A DNA stretch of 48,235 bases, from positions 1 through 48,235 of the forward strand of contig CAZFAZ010000059.1 of assembly GCA_964517155.1 (NCBI GenBank), given 5' to 3'. The position numbers and the translations under genes are program-made. Below, in pieces: positions 1 through 9,275 of this stretch. This DNA comes from an uncultured Thermoplasmatales archaeon. Its GTDB lineage: Archaea > Thermoplasmatota > E2 > DHVEG-1. Under the pieces are notes generated by a model. The model made no database searches, was not told the DNA's origin, and was given only the letters and a program-made list of their open reading frames with translations. Position 1 is the stretch's first letter; each line of letters begins with the position of its first letter.

Positions 1-341
1 TCGCGCCTGCTGCGCCCCGTAGGGCCTGATATCGTGTCTCAGATATCATCTCCGGGTTATTGCTCTCACAACCCGTATCCGTCGTAGGCTAGTCAGGTCT
101 TTACCCTGACTACAACCTGATAGTCCGCAGACTCATCCTAAGGCACCGAAGTTTTGAGCCTAAGTGCATTCCAGCATCCTAGACCTATGGAGTATTATTC
201 TCAGTTTCCCGAGGTTATCCTCCACCTTAGGGCAGATTATCCACGTGTTACTGAGCCGTCAGCCGAGGGCCGAACCCTCTCGACTCGCATGGCTTAGTCG
301 AATCCCAATAGCAGTGACCTCCGGCAGGATCAACCGGAATC
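1..341 (-). rRNA. rrs: 16S (SSU) rRNA, 5' portion; the gene continues past the window start
   Basis: The reverse complement of 321..341 reads GATTCCGGTTGATCCTGCCGG, the archaeal SSU 5' end. The reverse complement of 1..23 is the conserved CCTACGGGGCGCAGCAGGCGCGA block. Local GC is far above the window average. The ORFs predicted here are spurious. Confidence 0.95.
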
Positions 342-584
342 AAGCACACTATATTTATCATTAAAATTGGCGGGTGAATCAAAATTCACCAACACACGTC
401 ATTCGTCAGATTCAAGAGAGCGCAATCATACCCTAAGGCATTGTTTGCTTTTCTTGAACCTCCACATCAATTTTCCTTTAACCACAGACCAGGAAATGAC
501 CTATTCACTGATAGTGCGATACCATAATCTCATAGGTCGACCGGAAAGGTCCGGGTCAATTCGGATTTTAAACGTATAGAAAAC

Positions 585-597
585 TAATATATAAAGG
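585..597 (-). promoter_or_regulatory. Candidate TATA box (minus strand CCTTTATATATTA) for the rRNA operon; 342..~565 would be the 5' leader
   Basis: TTTATATA on the minus strand lies about 245 nt upstream of the mature 16S 5' end, at the boundary between a very AT-rich spacer and a more GC-rich leader that contains a CCGGA-AAGG-TCCGG hairpin (about 541..556). Confidence 0.4.
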
Positions 598-915
598 TTG
601 CAGTTACTATTTTTGTTTGAATAAATTTTATATTTTTTACTTTTACAATTACCGCTCACTATATTTTACAATTTAATTTGCTAATATTTACTGATTGTAT
701 TATATTAACTAATATATTATATATGGATTTCTAGAGATAATAGCAAAACTAAATTTGATAAATTTTTATAGAAAGTATAATATACTAAATTTACATATTA
801 ATATTTAATCTTATAAAAATCGACAAGAAATGTAAAGACAAAGCAAAAGTATATATATTATAAAAAACAAATATAAAAATAGATAGTTATAAGAAAATAT
901 TGAAGAGTGATATAT

Positions 916-1527
916 ATGAAAAAGATAGCAGCTGTTATAATAGTAGCAATGTTTTTTGGAGCCAGTGCCATATCTCTTTGTGGTGCAGAAGAATTAGATG
1001 GAGAAATAAAAGTAACTGTAAAAGATTATGTTGGTATTGTATATCCTGAAATATGCCTAGAAAATACCAGTGTAACATTTAAAGTTAATATAACAACAGA
1101 TGGAAATGAAACATCATATGTTGTTGAAGATGTATTATCAATACCTCTAAATGTTACAAAAGAAACAGAGAGAGAAACTTTCATATTTCCAAGGTCAATA
1201 TTTTACAGTGTTATAATGAGAAGACCTGCATTAGACTTAAAATTACTACCAATTACTGGTTTAATAAAAAGGATATTCCCTGTATTTGTACCATTTGCCA
1301 CAGCAAATGTTATCGATGGCGCAATTGGTGCAAAGGATGAATATCTAAATATAACAATCAACTATCCAATATCAAATGAAACTTATCTTAATGGCGGTGA
1401 AAACCTTACTATGCATTTTATTGTAATGGGTTTCTTACCAGGCGAAGTAAACGGAATTGCAAATAAGATACCAATTATTGGTCATAAAACAGTAACTCTA
1501 GAAGTAGCATACGAAGAACTTGTGTAA
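916..1527 (+). CDS. Secreted hypothetical protein (N-terminal signal peptide, many N-x-S/T sequons)
   Basis: ORF 907..1527; ATG at 916 gives MKKIAAVIIVAMFFGASAISLCGA, which looks like a signal peptide. At least 7 N-glycosylation sequons. No family recognised. Confidence 0.6.
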   Translation: MKKIAAVIIVAMFFGASAISLCGAEELDGEIKVTVKDYVGIVYPEICLENTSVTFKVNITTDGNETSYVVEDVLSIPLNVTKETERETFIFPRSIFYSVIMRRPALDLKLLPITGLIKRIFPVFVPFATANVIDGAIGAKDEYLNITINYPISNETYLNGGENLTMHFIVMGFLPGEVNGIANKIPIIGHKTVTLEVAYEELV

Positions 1528-1615
1528 TAAAAAAATATTTTATTGCATAAACATTTATTTTTCTTTTTTATTTTTCAATCTTATTTTTTAATTTTTTTTA
1601 AAAAGATTATTTTTT

Positions 1616-1830
1616 GTCGCAGTTGCAGAATTATTTCGTTAAAACAGCAGTGAAATAACCCTGCAACATGTATTGCGACGTTGTTTGACACCATGGTTAT
1701 CCTCTTATTCATTCCATATGACTCTTACGTCTAAAGGTCAAAGAGGGACCCTAATTGTGTGGTATCAATTTTTGTATCCTTGAATTTGCATCTCCAATCA
1801 TTGATCATGGAGACCTTCGAGTCAAGGACA
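1616..1830 (-). ncRNA. Candidate structured non-coding RNA (class unknown, strand uncertain)
   Basis: Lies in a 360-nt spacer between convergent genes, with GC above the intergenic background. Contains a 64-nt interrupted hairpin at 1616..1679 (GTCGCA/TGCGAC, GTTGCAG/CTGCAAC, TTATTTC/GAAATAA). Also contains nested stems TCCTTGA(1777-1783)/TCAAGGA(1822-1828) and TCTCCA(1791-1796)/TGGAGA(1808-1813). No credible ORF. Confidence 0.25.
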
Positions 1831-1888
1831 TTATTTATTTATACTAAAGGTCGTTTTTATTTGTTTTGGTGGCTAAAAAAAATTATTT

Positions 1889-2701
1889 TTATCTATATTT
1901 GTTTATTTCATCTCTTGTTTCTTGTGCTTTTTGTCTTGCTTTTTGAGCATAATTTTTATCAAGGCTTGAATAAATTATACCTCGTGAAGAATTAATTATT
2001 GCCATATCGCCTTTTTTATTTGTACCATTTTTAACTGTTTTGTCTATATCTGCACCTTGTGCACCAATACCAGGTATCAAAAAAGGGATGTCTTCTCCAA
2101 GAGCATATCTTATTTCTTTTAATTCTTCAGGATATGTTGCTCCGACTACCGCACCACAGTTTTTATTTGTATTCCATTTTTTTATTTTTGCTGCGACTAC
2201 TTTAAATAGTATTCCTTCTGGTGTTTGAATGTCTTGAAAATCTTTTGCAGAAGGGTTTGATGTCCTACAAAGTATAAAACTGCATTTATCTTTATATTCT
2301 AAAAAGGGTTTTACTGAATCAAAACCAAGATATGGATTAATTGTTGCTGCATCAGCGTTTAGTGTTTCAAAAAGACTTTGTGCATATTTTTTTGCAGTGT
2401 TATCGATATCGTTTCTTTTACCGTCGAGAATTATAACTATTTCATCTGGAATATACTGAATTGTTTTTTCTAATAATTCATATCCTTTTATACCAAGGAC
2501 TTCATAAAATGCCATATTTAGTTTATAAGCGCAGACTAGGTCTTTTGTAGCATCTATTATTTTTTTGTTAAATTTAAGATAAGGATTTTTTGATTCTTCA
2601 AAAAGAAAACTCGGCATTTTTTCAGAATCAATATCAAGACCTACACAAAGAAGACTATTGTTTTTATCAACTATTTTTGATAGTTTCTCTTTAAAGTTCA
2701 T
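1889..2701 (-). CDS. pyrF: Orotidine 5'-phosphate decarboxylase (long type-2 form)
   Basis: The translation shows LCVGLDID, ILDGKRNDIDNT and a C-terminal IPGIGAQG...SSRGI, which match the OMP decarboxylase pattern. ATG at 2701 (MNFKEK) is preferred over the TTG at 2713. Confidence 0.88.
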   Translation of the reverse strand: MNFKEKLSKIVDKNNSLLCVGLDIDSEKMPSFLFEESKNPYLKFNKKIIDATKDLVCAYKLNMAFYEVLGIKGYELLEKTIQYIPDEIVIILDGKRNDIDNTAKKYAQSLFETLNADAATINPYLGFDSVKPFLEYKDKCSFILCRTSNPSAKDFQDIQTPEGILFKVVAAKIKKWNTNKNCGAVVGATYPEELKEIRYALGEDIPFLIPGIGAQGADIDKTVKNGTNKKGDMAIINSSRGIIYSSLDKNYAQKARQKAQETRDEINKYR

Positions 2702-2798
2702 AATCGTTCTCAACTGTGTGAATATACCTTCTTATTTAAATATATTTTATTTTCCAGTTATCTATTTAACATGTTATTTAATTCAGCGTTTTGTAAAT

Positions 2799-3887
2799 AT
2801 GAAGATGATATATGCAGTTTGTTCCTGGGGCCTTGGTCATGCAACACGTTCTCTACCTGTTATAAGAAAACTAATCAAAGAGAAAAATAATCTTACGATT
2901 ATTTCTTACGGCCGATCTCTACAGTTATTAAAAAATGAATTAGGCGACAATCTTAATTATATAGAAATTGAAGATTACCCGATGCTTATTTCTGAAAATT
3001 CACGGCAATTTATGGCAAAAAGCATGATTCATTGGCCTACTTTTATAAGTAAAATGATACAGGGACAAGGTAAAACTCAAAAGATACTTGAAAAAGAAAA
3101 ATATGATAGAATTATATCTGATGGTAGATATGATATTTATAGTAGAAAAATACCTAGTTTTTTTATTTCTCATCAGATAAGAATTATGAATCCTTTAAGA
3201 ATTAAAATGTTTGAGCGTGGCAGTGAAATTTTTAACTTGTTTTTTTTCAAACGCTTCTGTGGTGTTATCGTTCCTGATTTTAAGGATGATAATTTATCTG
3301 GTGATCTTTCACATAATCTGCATCGTATTGATGAAAACAAAATCCATTACGCAGGAGTTTTATCTGATTTTAAAAAAATAAATAAAACTAAAGATATTGA
3401 TTATTTGATTTCAATTTCAGGACCTGAACCACAACGTACTATGCTTGAAGAAAAACTCCTACCGCAAGTTAGTGATTTGAAAGGAAAAGTTGTTGTAACA
3501 CTTGGTAAAACAGAAAATTTGGATAAATTCAAAAAAGGAGGAGTTGAGACATATTCTTTTTTACCTGCAGATAAACGCGAAGAGTTTCTAAACAGAGCAA
3601 AAATGGTGGTATCACGCAGTGGCTATTCAACTATACTTGATCTTGCAGTAATAGGATGCAAGGCACTTATGACGCCGACACCCGGACAAATTGAGCAAGA
3701 ATATCTTGCAGGATATCACAACAAAAAAGGTAATTTTTATTGTGTAAATCAAGAAAAAATTGATTTATGTCAAAATGTAGAAACTGCGAAAAAAACAACC
3801 GGCGTAACACGTGAATGCCGTGTCGATAAAACTGTTGAAAATATACTTGAAATCGTAAATAATACTCTTAAAAGCCCTTTTAGTTGA
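2799..3887 (+). CDS. Glycosyltransferase, MurG/UDP-glycosyltransferase-like (MJ1255-type family)
   Basis: N-terminus MKMIYAVCSWGLGHATRSLPVIRKL (G-x-G-H-x-x-R nucleotide-sugar GT-B motif) and a C-terminal SRSGYSTILD...TPGQIEQ donor-binding motif. The first 47 codons of track ORF 2658.. overlap pyrF and are rejected. Confidence 0.7.
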   Translation: MKMIYAVCSWGLGHATRSLPVIRKLIKEKNNLTIISYGRSLQLLKNELGDNLNYIEIEDYPMLISENSRQFMAKSMIHWPTFISKMIQGQGKTQKILEKEKYDRIISDGRYDIYSRKIPSFFISHQIRIMNPLRIKMFERGSEIFNLFFFKRFCGVIVPDFKDDNLSGDLSHNLHRIDENKIHYAGVLSDFKKINKTKDIDYLISISGPEPQRTMLEEKLLPQVSDLKGKVVVTLGKTENLDKFKKGGVETYSFLPADKREEFLNRAKMVVSRSGYSTILDLAVIGCKALMTPTPGQIEQEYLAGYHNKKGNFYCVNQEKIDLCQNVETAKKTTGVTRECRVDKTVENILEIVNNTLKSPFS

Positions 3888-3939
3888 TTATTTTTAGACA
3901 GGATAAATTTTATATCTTGCTTTATTGTACCTGGGCTAA

Positions 3940-5727
3940 ATGAAAGATGCTAGTGATAAGAAAAAGAGTTTACTTCACAATTGGATGTTCTGGTTAATAT
4001 CTATTACTCTTATTGCTATTACTCTGCGCTCTATTCCAGCATGGTTTAATGCGGCGTGGGGACTTGATTTTGGTATTTATTATGGTTTAACAAATTCTTT
4101 TATAGAAACAAAAGAACTTATTAATCCTTATACTGGCTGGGGTAGCTCTTATCAGTTTTTTCCAGTTCTTTATGTAATTACTGGTATTTCACATTGGATT
4201 ACAGGAGTTCCTGTAATTGAGTTAATGTCAAAAATTGCACCTATTTTTGGCGGACTTGTGGTAACTATTTTTTATTTTGTGGTATATGCCCTTATAAAAG
4301 ACAAGAGAGTTGCTTTAATTTCTTCAGGAATTTTAGCAGTCACTGTATTTCATGTTTATCAAACAAGTCATGCAGCACCTTTAACCATTGGACATTTTTT
4401 TATGATGCTTTCACTTTATTTTTTTATTAAATATGAAAAACATCCAATGTTTTCTATACCTCTTATCTTATCGACAGGACTGCTTATTCTTTCGCATCAT
4501 TTTACCACATATTTTTACATAATTGGCATTACTTTCATGTGCTTTGCTTATGTGTCACGTAGAAGACAATTAAACCGGCAATCAATACTTATTTTAGCAT
4601 ATGTCATCTTTACTTCAGCTGCGGCTTTTAGTTACTGGTTTTTTGTTGCGACTCCTGTTTATAATTGGTTTATGGGTGAAAAATTTTTAGTACCTTCAAA
4701 TGGAATAATTTTACTGTACTATCTTTTTGTATTTTTAGGTGTTTTTCTTGCGACTAAATGGTTTATTTTTAAACAGTTTTTAGATTCTATATTTAGCCGT
4801 TTAGATCTTCATAGAAATCAAAAAATTGCTTTAGGTTTTTTTGTTTCTCTTATTTTACTAATTATTGTATCATTTACAGGAATTCCCGGAGTACATATAA
4901 AAATTACGCCTCTTGCTATTCTTTATTCTTTGCCTATGATTGCTTTGATTAGTCTTTCTTACGCAGGACTTAGTTATTTAAAACATGTTCACAATGGTTT
5001 TTTAATTAAGGGCTGGCTTTTTGGAATACTTTTATCATTTTTTTATTCAATTGCATCTACAAATCTTCTACCAGATAGACATTTTGAATACCTTATAGTT
5101 CCACTTTGCATACCTGCTGCTTTAACTTTAAAGGAAATAATCGCAGAGCATCCTATTAGAAAACTTACAAGGCATACCAGCTCAGCCATAGAACATTCTA
5201 TAGAATCGATGCATCATAAAAGAAGTATCATTGTAATAATCTGCATTATACTTTTGTTTATTACAAATATAATGGTTGCTTATCCCTCTATTGATTCACT
5301 TAATAGTATTGATGAGCGTGTTTCAGATCCTTGTATAAATGTAATTGAATGGATGAACGGAAACGTCAGCAATAAAAGTATTATTGCATCTGATCATAGA
5401 CTTGAAATGATACTCTGGGCAAAAGGTTTCAAGATTACATCTGGAGAAACTAATGCAACTTGGACTTCAGATAATCTTTTAAACTGTACTGACGAGTTGT
5501 TGCAACTTAATATCTCGTACGTTTTAATTGATGATATAATGCGAAACAAGGTAGTAAACATCGACTTAGGTAAATACTATTACATGACCAATGAATCCTA
5601 TGATAAATTTACTGTATGGCCATTTGAAATGGCTTATAGAAATGCTACACTAAATAAAGATAATGAAGAAATTCACTGGGTTGAAATATACAAGATAAAT
5701 CAAAGTTTTTTTAAAAAGGAAGTGTAA
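3940..5727 (+). CDS. Polytopic membrane glycosyltransferase, GT-C fold (PMT/ArnT-like) with a C-terminal extracytoplasmic domain
   Basis: About 12 hydrophobic segments followed by a roughly 150-aa soluble, sequon-rich tail. No WWDxG motif, so it is not called AglB. Confidence 0.5.
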   Translation: MKDASDKKKSLLHNWMFWLISITLIAITLRSIPAWFNAAWGLDFGIYYGLTNSFIETKELINPYTGWGSSYQFFPVLYVITGISHWITGVPVIELMSKIAPIFGGLVVTIFYFVVYALIKDKRVALISSGILAVTVFHVYQTSHAAPLTIGHFFMMLSLYFFIKYEKHPMFSIPLILSTGLLILSHHFTTYFYIIGITFMCFAYVSRRRQLNRQSILILAYVIFTSAAAFSYWFFVATPVYNWFMGEKFLVPSNGIILLYYLFVFLGVFLATKWFIFKQFLDSIFSRLDLHRNQKIALGFFVSLILLIIVSFTGIPGVHIKITPLAILYSLPMIALISLSYAGLSYLKHVHNGFLIKGWLFGILLSFFYSIASTNLLPDRHFEYLIVPLCIPAALTLKEIIAEHPIRKLTRHTSSAIEHSIESMHHKRSIIVIICIILLFITNIMVAYPSIDSLNSIDERVSDPCINVIEWMNGNVSNKSIIASDHRLEMILWAKGFKITSGETNATWTSDNLLNCTDELLQLNISYVLIDDIMRNKVVNIDLGKYYYMTNESYDKFTVWPFEMAYRNATLNKDNEEIHWVEIYKINQSFFKKEV

Positions 5728-5760
5728 ATATCTCTATAGAATAACCAGAGGAAAAATAAA

Positions 5761-6726
5761 ATGAAAGTAAATTTTATTGTTGAAGATAAAGGTGTACTAA
5801 AGTATCTTGGTTGTGCAACTGCTGCAAAAAATTTATACAAAGGCCTTTCTAAGAAAATTGATATCAGTTATAATAATCCTTCAAATGATTTTGATATAGC
5901 TCATTTTCATACTTTTGGCCCTAAATCAATATTATATTTAAAACGCTTCAAAGGAAAAACAGTTATAACTGCACATTCGACACCTAATTTAAACTATGGG
6001 AATCTTGCATTTCCCGGTCTTGTGAACTGGTTGTATATACCACTTTACAATCAATTCAATCATATCATTGCAGTTTCAGAAAAATGTAAAAAAGAACTGG
6101 AAAATCTCAAATGCAAACCAAAAGTTACAACTATATATAACGGTATAGACACAAAGAATTTTTTGCCAGATGCACAAAAAAGAAAAAAACTGCGTGATTC
6201 TTATAACATAAAAGAGGATGAATTGCTTGTTTTAACTGTTGCACAAAGAACACCTAGAAAAGGCATTTATGACTTTTTAAAATTAGCCCAAAATTTTCCA
6301 GACTTTAAATTTTTATGGATAGGGGGGTTTCCATATAACTTATTTTCAAAGGATTATAAAAAAGTAAATAAAGCCATAAAAAAACATACGCCTAATGCTA
6401 TTTTCCCAGGTTTTGTTGAGGATATAATACAAGTTTATTCAGCAGCCGATGTTTTTTTTATGCCTAGTTATGCTGAAGGACATTCAATTGTCATGCTTGA
6501 AGCATTATCAATGGGGCTACCAATGATTGCTCGTGATGTAGAAGAATTCCGTGAAGCATTTGCTGATAATCTACTATATTTTTCAAACGTTAAAGATATC
6601 GATAAATCTATGTTTAGCAAAAAAGAAATGCAAAAATATAAGGATAAAACTAATGTTATTGAAAAATACACACTTGATAAAATTGTACAGGAACACATAA
6701 AACTGTATGAACAATTAATAAATTGA
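5761..6726 (+). CDS. Glycosyltransferase family 4 (GT-B, retaining type)
   Basis: C-terminal signature FFMPSYAEGHSIVMLEALSMGLPMIARDV, an E-x7-E-type GT4 motif. Confidence 0.85.
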   Translation: MKVNFIVEDKGVLKYLGCATAAKNLYKGLSKKIDISYNNPSNDFDIAHFHTFGPKSILYLKRFKGKTVITAHSTPNLNYGNLAFPGLVNWLYIPLYNQFNHIIAVSEKCKKELENLKCKPKVTTIYNGIDTKNFLPDAQKRKKLRDSYNIKEDELLVLTVAQRTPRKGIYDFLKLAQNFPDFKFLWIGGFPYNLFSKDYKKVNKAIKKHTPNAIFPGFVEDIIQVYSAADVFFMPSYAEGHSIVMLEALSMGLPMIARDVEEFREAFADNLLYFSNVKDIDKSMFSKKEMQKYKDKTNVIEKYTLDKIVQEHIKLYEQLIN

Positions 6727-6746
6727 TATCCTTAGATGTGTTTTTT

Positions 6747-9227
6747 ATGATTCACCAGGAAATAGACAAAGATGTTACATTTTCAAATGACATATATACT
6801 GTTACAAAACCTTTAAAAAAAATATTACTTAAAAAGATAAAAATTCAAAAAAAACCGCTTTTATATAGTTTTTTAGGCGGAATGTGGTACACTAAAGAGA
6901 GTTTTTCTTTAAAACAAGATATTTCTTTACCATATCCTTTTTCAACATATTTTACAATTAAAATTCCTGATAAAATAATAAATAATATTTGTTATAGATC
7001 ATTACTTTATATTAAAACACCATTAATGGTTTTACAGTTTGAAAATTCCTGTGTCTCAATAGAGTTTGATCCTTTTATTAAAATAAACAATCAAGAGATA
7101 TTTCCATTTATAAGTTTAGAAGAAAACGACGAATTTTACATTATTTCATTTTATTTGTTTTCTTCATTTGAAATCAAAAAAAAAGACGCAGCATGGCTTG
7201 GTTTTCCTAAAAAAGAAACAATAGAACTTAACTTTAAAAAAGGAGATACTTTTAATTTTTCTGTTAAAACATTTGAATATAAAAATTGGAAAGAAGCAGT
7301 AGAGCATGTATTTAAGAAACATATCTCTGAAGATATCAATATTGAAAAACCAGAAGAGATATTTAAATCTGCAAAAAATGTTTTGTATAGGTCATATGAT
7401 GATATAACAGGTTCGTTTCTACAACTACCTTGGAGAGATACACCGGGTTTTACTTTTAGCAATGCAAGCTATTCCTTAACTTCCTATGAAGCCGTTAGAC
7501 TTAATTATTTTAGTAAATGGTCAGATGAAATAAAAGATGAAGAATTAAAAAAATGGAGCGAAAAACTAAAACAGCATTTTTCCAACCCTGTACTTTATAA
7601 AAAAAATCCTAAAACAGGTAAAGGAATAATCTGGTATAATATGACAAATCTTACAAAAAAAGGACTTATAGGATATTTCTATATGGACTGCGGATATTCA
7701 GGTTACCCTGGTGGACAAGCAACAATAGCGTATAACATTTTACAATTTTTAGAAAAACATCCTGATGAGAAACTAAAAGATTTAACAAAAAAATCATTAG
7801 AATATTTAATGTCAACGCAAAAAACAAATGGCTCGTGGCCAATGGCAATAAAACAAGAAGGATTAATGAAGTTTAGACCTGAAAAATTATCAGAATATGA
7901 GACACATGGTGGTACAGCAGAATGCGCCTCTGCACTTTTGTTAGGATACAAAACTTTTAAAGATGAAAAAATGAAAAAAGCAGCAATTAACGCTTTATCA
8001 TATCTAGATGACATATATCCTATCTGTTATAATGGTCTGCGCGATATCGGACTTAACGAACCTGAAGCATTTTCTGCAGTAAATATCATTAACGCATTTA
8101 TTGAAGCATATGAAACAACAAAAGACAAAAAATATTTAAAAAATGCAGAAAATTATGCTTATTATATTTTACCATGGTTTTATCTATTTGATACAAAAGG
8201 ATGGTCTATGAAATTTGATTTTCATCCTATTTCTTATTCTATTACGCCCCGTCTTTCACCATATGAGACTACATGGATTGTATCAACTTTTCTAAGACTT
8301 GCAAAATATAACAATAAATCATTCTGGGAGAAACTAGGCAAAGAAGCATTTAAATCAGCAGCAAAATGGATTTCTGAAAATGGAGGTTTATCAGAAGGAG
8401 TATTCCCAAAGGATTTTACAAAAATGCAGTCTTTACCCATGGAGCAGACTTTTGCAACTGTTGAACTAATGAACGCAGCATATAATTTTATAGAAGATAA
8501 AAAAATTCTTTTTGATAAAAAACCTCAGAAAACAGATAAAAGCAAGAAGATTCATCTTTTAAAAACAGGAAATTTTTTAGAAATAAAAAATGAAAAAGAA
8601 ATAATTGCTAGATTTAATCTAAAAAAATGCAACCTTGATTATATTAAAGGGCAAAAACTAAACAAATATGGCATCTCTTTTTCTTTTTATGGACCCTATC
8701 TGCTTAAAAGCAGGGTAAAAAGAAGAATAAAAAAAGTTTTACGGGGAAGCATCGGAAAATATCTTCTTTCAGCACCAGATGCTAACTATTTTATTCGCGG
8801 AGTCTGTGGACCTAAACCGCTGAAAAAAAACAAAATTGATATTTTTGGAAAATATGTAAAAAGCTATAAAATTGTATCTTTAGAAAAATATCAGTCCACC
8901 ATAGAATTTTTATCTGATTTTCATAAAATTACACTTAAGTTATCAGTTTATGAAAATAAAGAAGAAGTAAAAATAATCGTAGATCTTATTGAAATAAAGA
9001 TGTTAAAACATGACCTAGATTGCTACAAGGTTTTAATTCCAATAATTGGTGCAGAATTAAAAGATTGCAAACATGATAAATTATTTTTTGAAAAAATTAT
9101 TTTAAAAACTAAGATTAGTTCTATTGTAAAAACAGAAGAATTTGCAGGTGTTGATAAAACTCTTGCAACAAATTGGACTCATGGTGGGATATACATAGGA
9201 AATTTTGAAATTATAATAATTAAGTAG
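6747..9227 (+). CDS. Large hypothetical protein with a central (alpha/alpha)-toroid-like domain
   Basis: Long open frame in an AT-rich genome. The centre carries prenyltransferase/terpene-cyclase-like repeat signatures (STQKTNGSWP, HGGTAECASALLLGY). The start is ambiguous: TTG 6723, GTG 6738 or ATG 6747. Confidence 0.55.
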   Translation: MIHQEIDKDVTFSNDIYTVTKPLKKILLKKIKIQKKPLLYSFLGGMWYTKESFSLKQDISLPYPFSTYFTIKIPDKIINNICYRSLLYIKTPLMVLQFENSCVSIEFDPFIKINNQEIFPFISLEENDEFYIISFYLFSSFEIKKKDAAWLGFPKKETIELNFKKGDTFNFSVKTFEYKNWKEAVEHVFKKHISEDINIEKPEEIFKSAKNVLYRSYDDITGSFLQLPWRDTPGFTFSNASYSLTSYEAVRLNYFSKWSDEIKDEELKKWSEKLKQHFSNPVLYKKNPKTGKGIIWYNMTNLTKKGLIGYFYMDCGYSGYPGGQATIAYNILQFLEKHPDEKLKDLTKKSLEYLMSTQKTNGSWPMAIKQEGLMKFRPEKLSEYETHGGTAECASALLLGYKTFKDEKMKKAAINALSYLDDIYPICYNGLRDIGLNEPEAFSAVNIINAFIEAYETTKDKKYLKNAENYAYYILPWFYLFDTKGWSMKFDFHPISYSITPRLSPYETTWIVSTFLRLAKYNNKSFWEKLGKEAFKSAAKWISENGGLSEGVFPKDFTKMQSLPMEQTFATVELMNAAYNFIEDKKILFDKKPQKTDKSKKIHLLKTGNFLEIKNEKEIIARFNLKKCNLDYIKGQKLNKYGISFSFYGPYLLKSRVKRRIKKVLRGSIGKYLLSAPDANYFIRGVCGPKPLKKNKIDIFGKYVKSYKIVSLEKYQSTIEFLSDFHKITLKLSVYENKEEVKIIVDLIEIKMLKHDLDCYKVLIPIIGAELKDCKHDKLFFEKIILKTKISSIVKTEEFAGVDKTLATNWTHGGIYIGNFEIIIIK

Positions 9228-9275
9228 ATTTTATTAAACCATAAACATGATAAACAGTCCTTAAATTATAATGCT

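Noticed and set aside
164-579. Track ORFs 164..364 and 367..579 (plus strand)
   Set aside because: They lie antisense within the 16S rRNA 5' domain and its transcribed leader. The open frames come from elevated GC, not from coding.
1616-1830. Identifying the structured spacer as RNase P RNA, SRP (7S) RNA, or a C/D or H/ACA guide RNA
   Set aside because: There is no GAGGAAAGUCC-type CR-I, no SRP helix-8 GNAR/AGCA pattern and no canonical RUGAUGA/CUGA boxes. The internal loop of the long hairpin is one-sided, unlike a pseudouridylation pocket.
2658-2798. The 47-codon N-terminal extension of the glycosyltransferase ORF, and likewise 47728..47808 for the serine recombinase
   Set aside because: The extensions are low-complexity and hydrophobic. 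The first overlaps pyrF and the second runs through a promoter-like AT-rich palindrome. In both cases the conserved N-terminal motifs begin right after an internal ATG.
3940-5727. Calling the polytopic GT-C protein the oligosaccharyltransferase AglB/STT3
   Set aside because: There is no WWDxG motif, nor any WW dipeptide, anywhere in the translation, and at 595 aa it is short for AglB.
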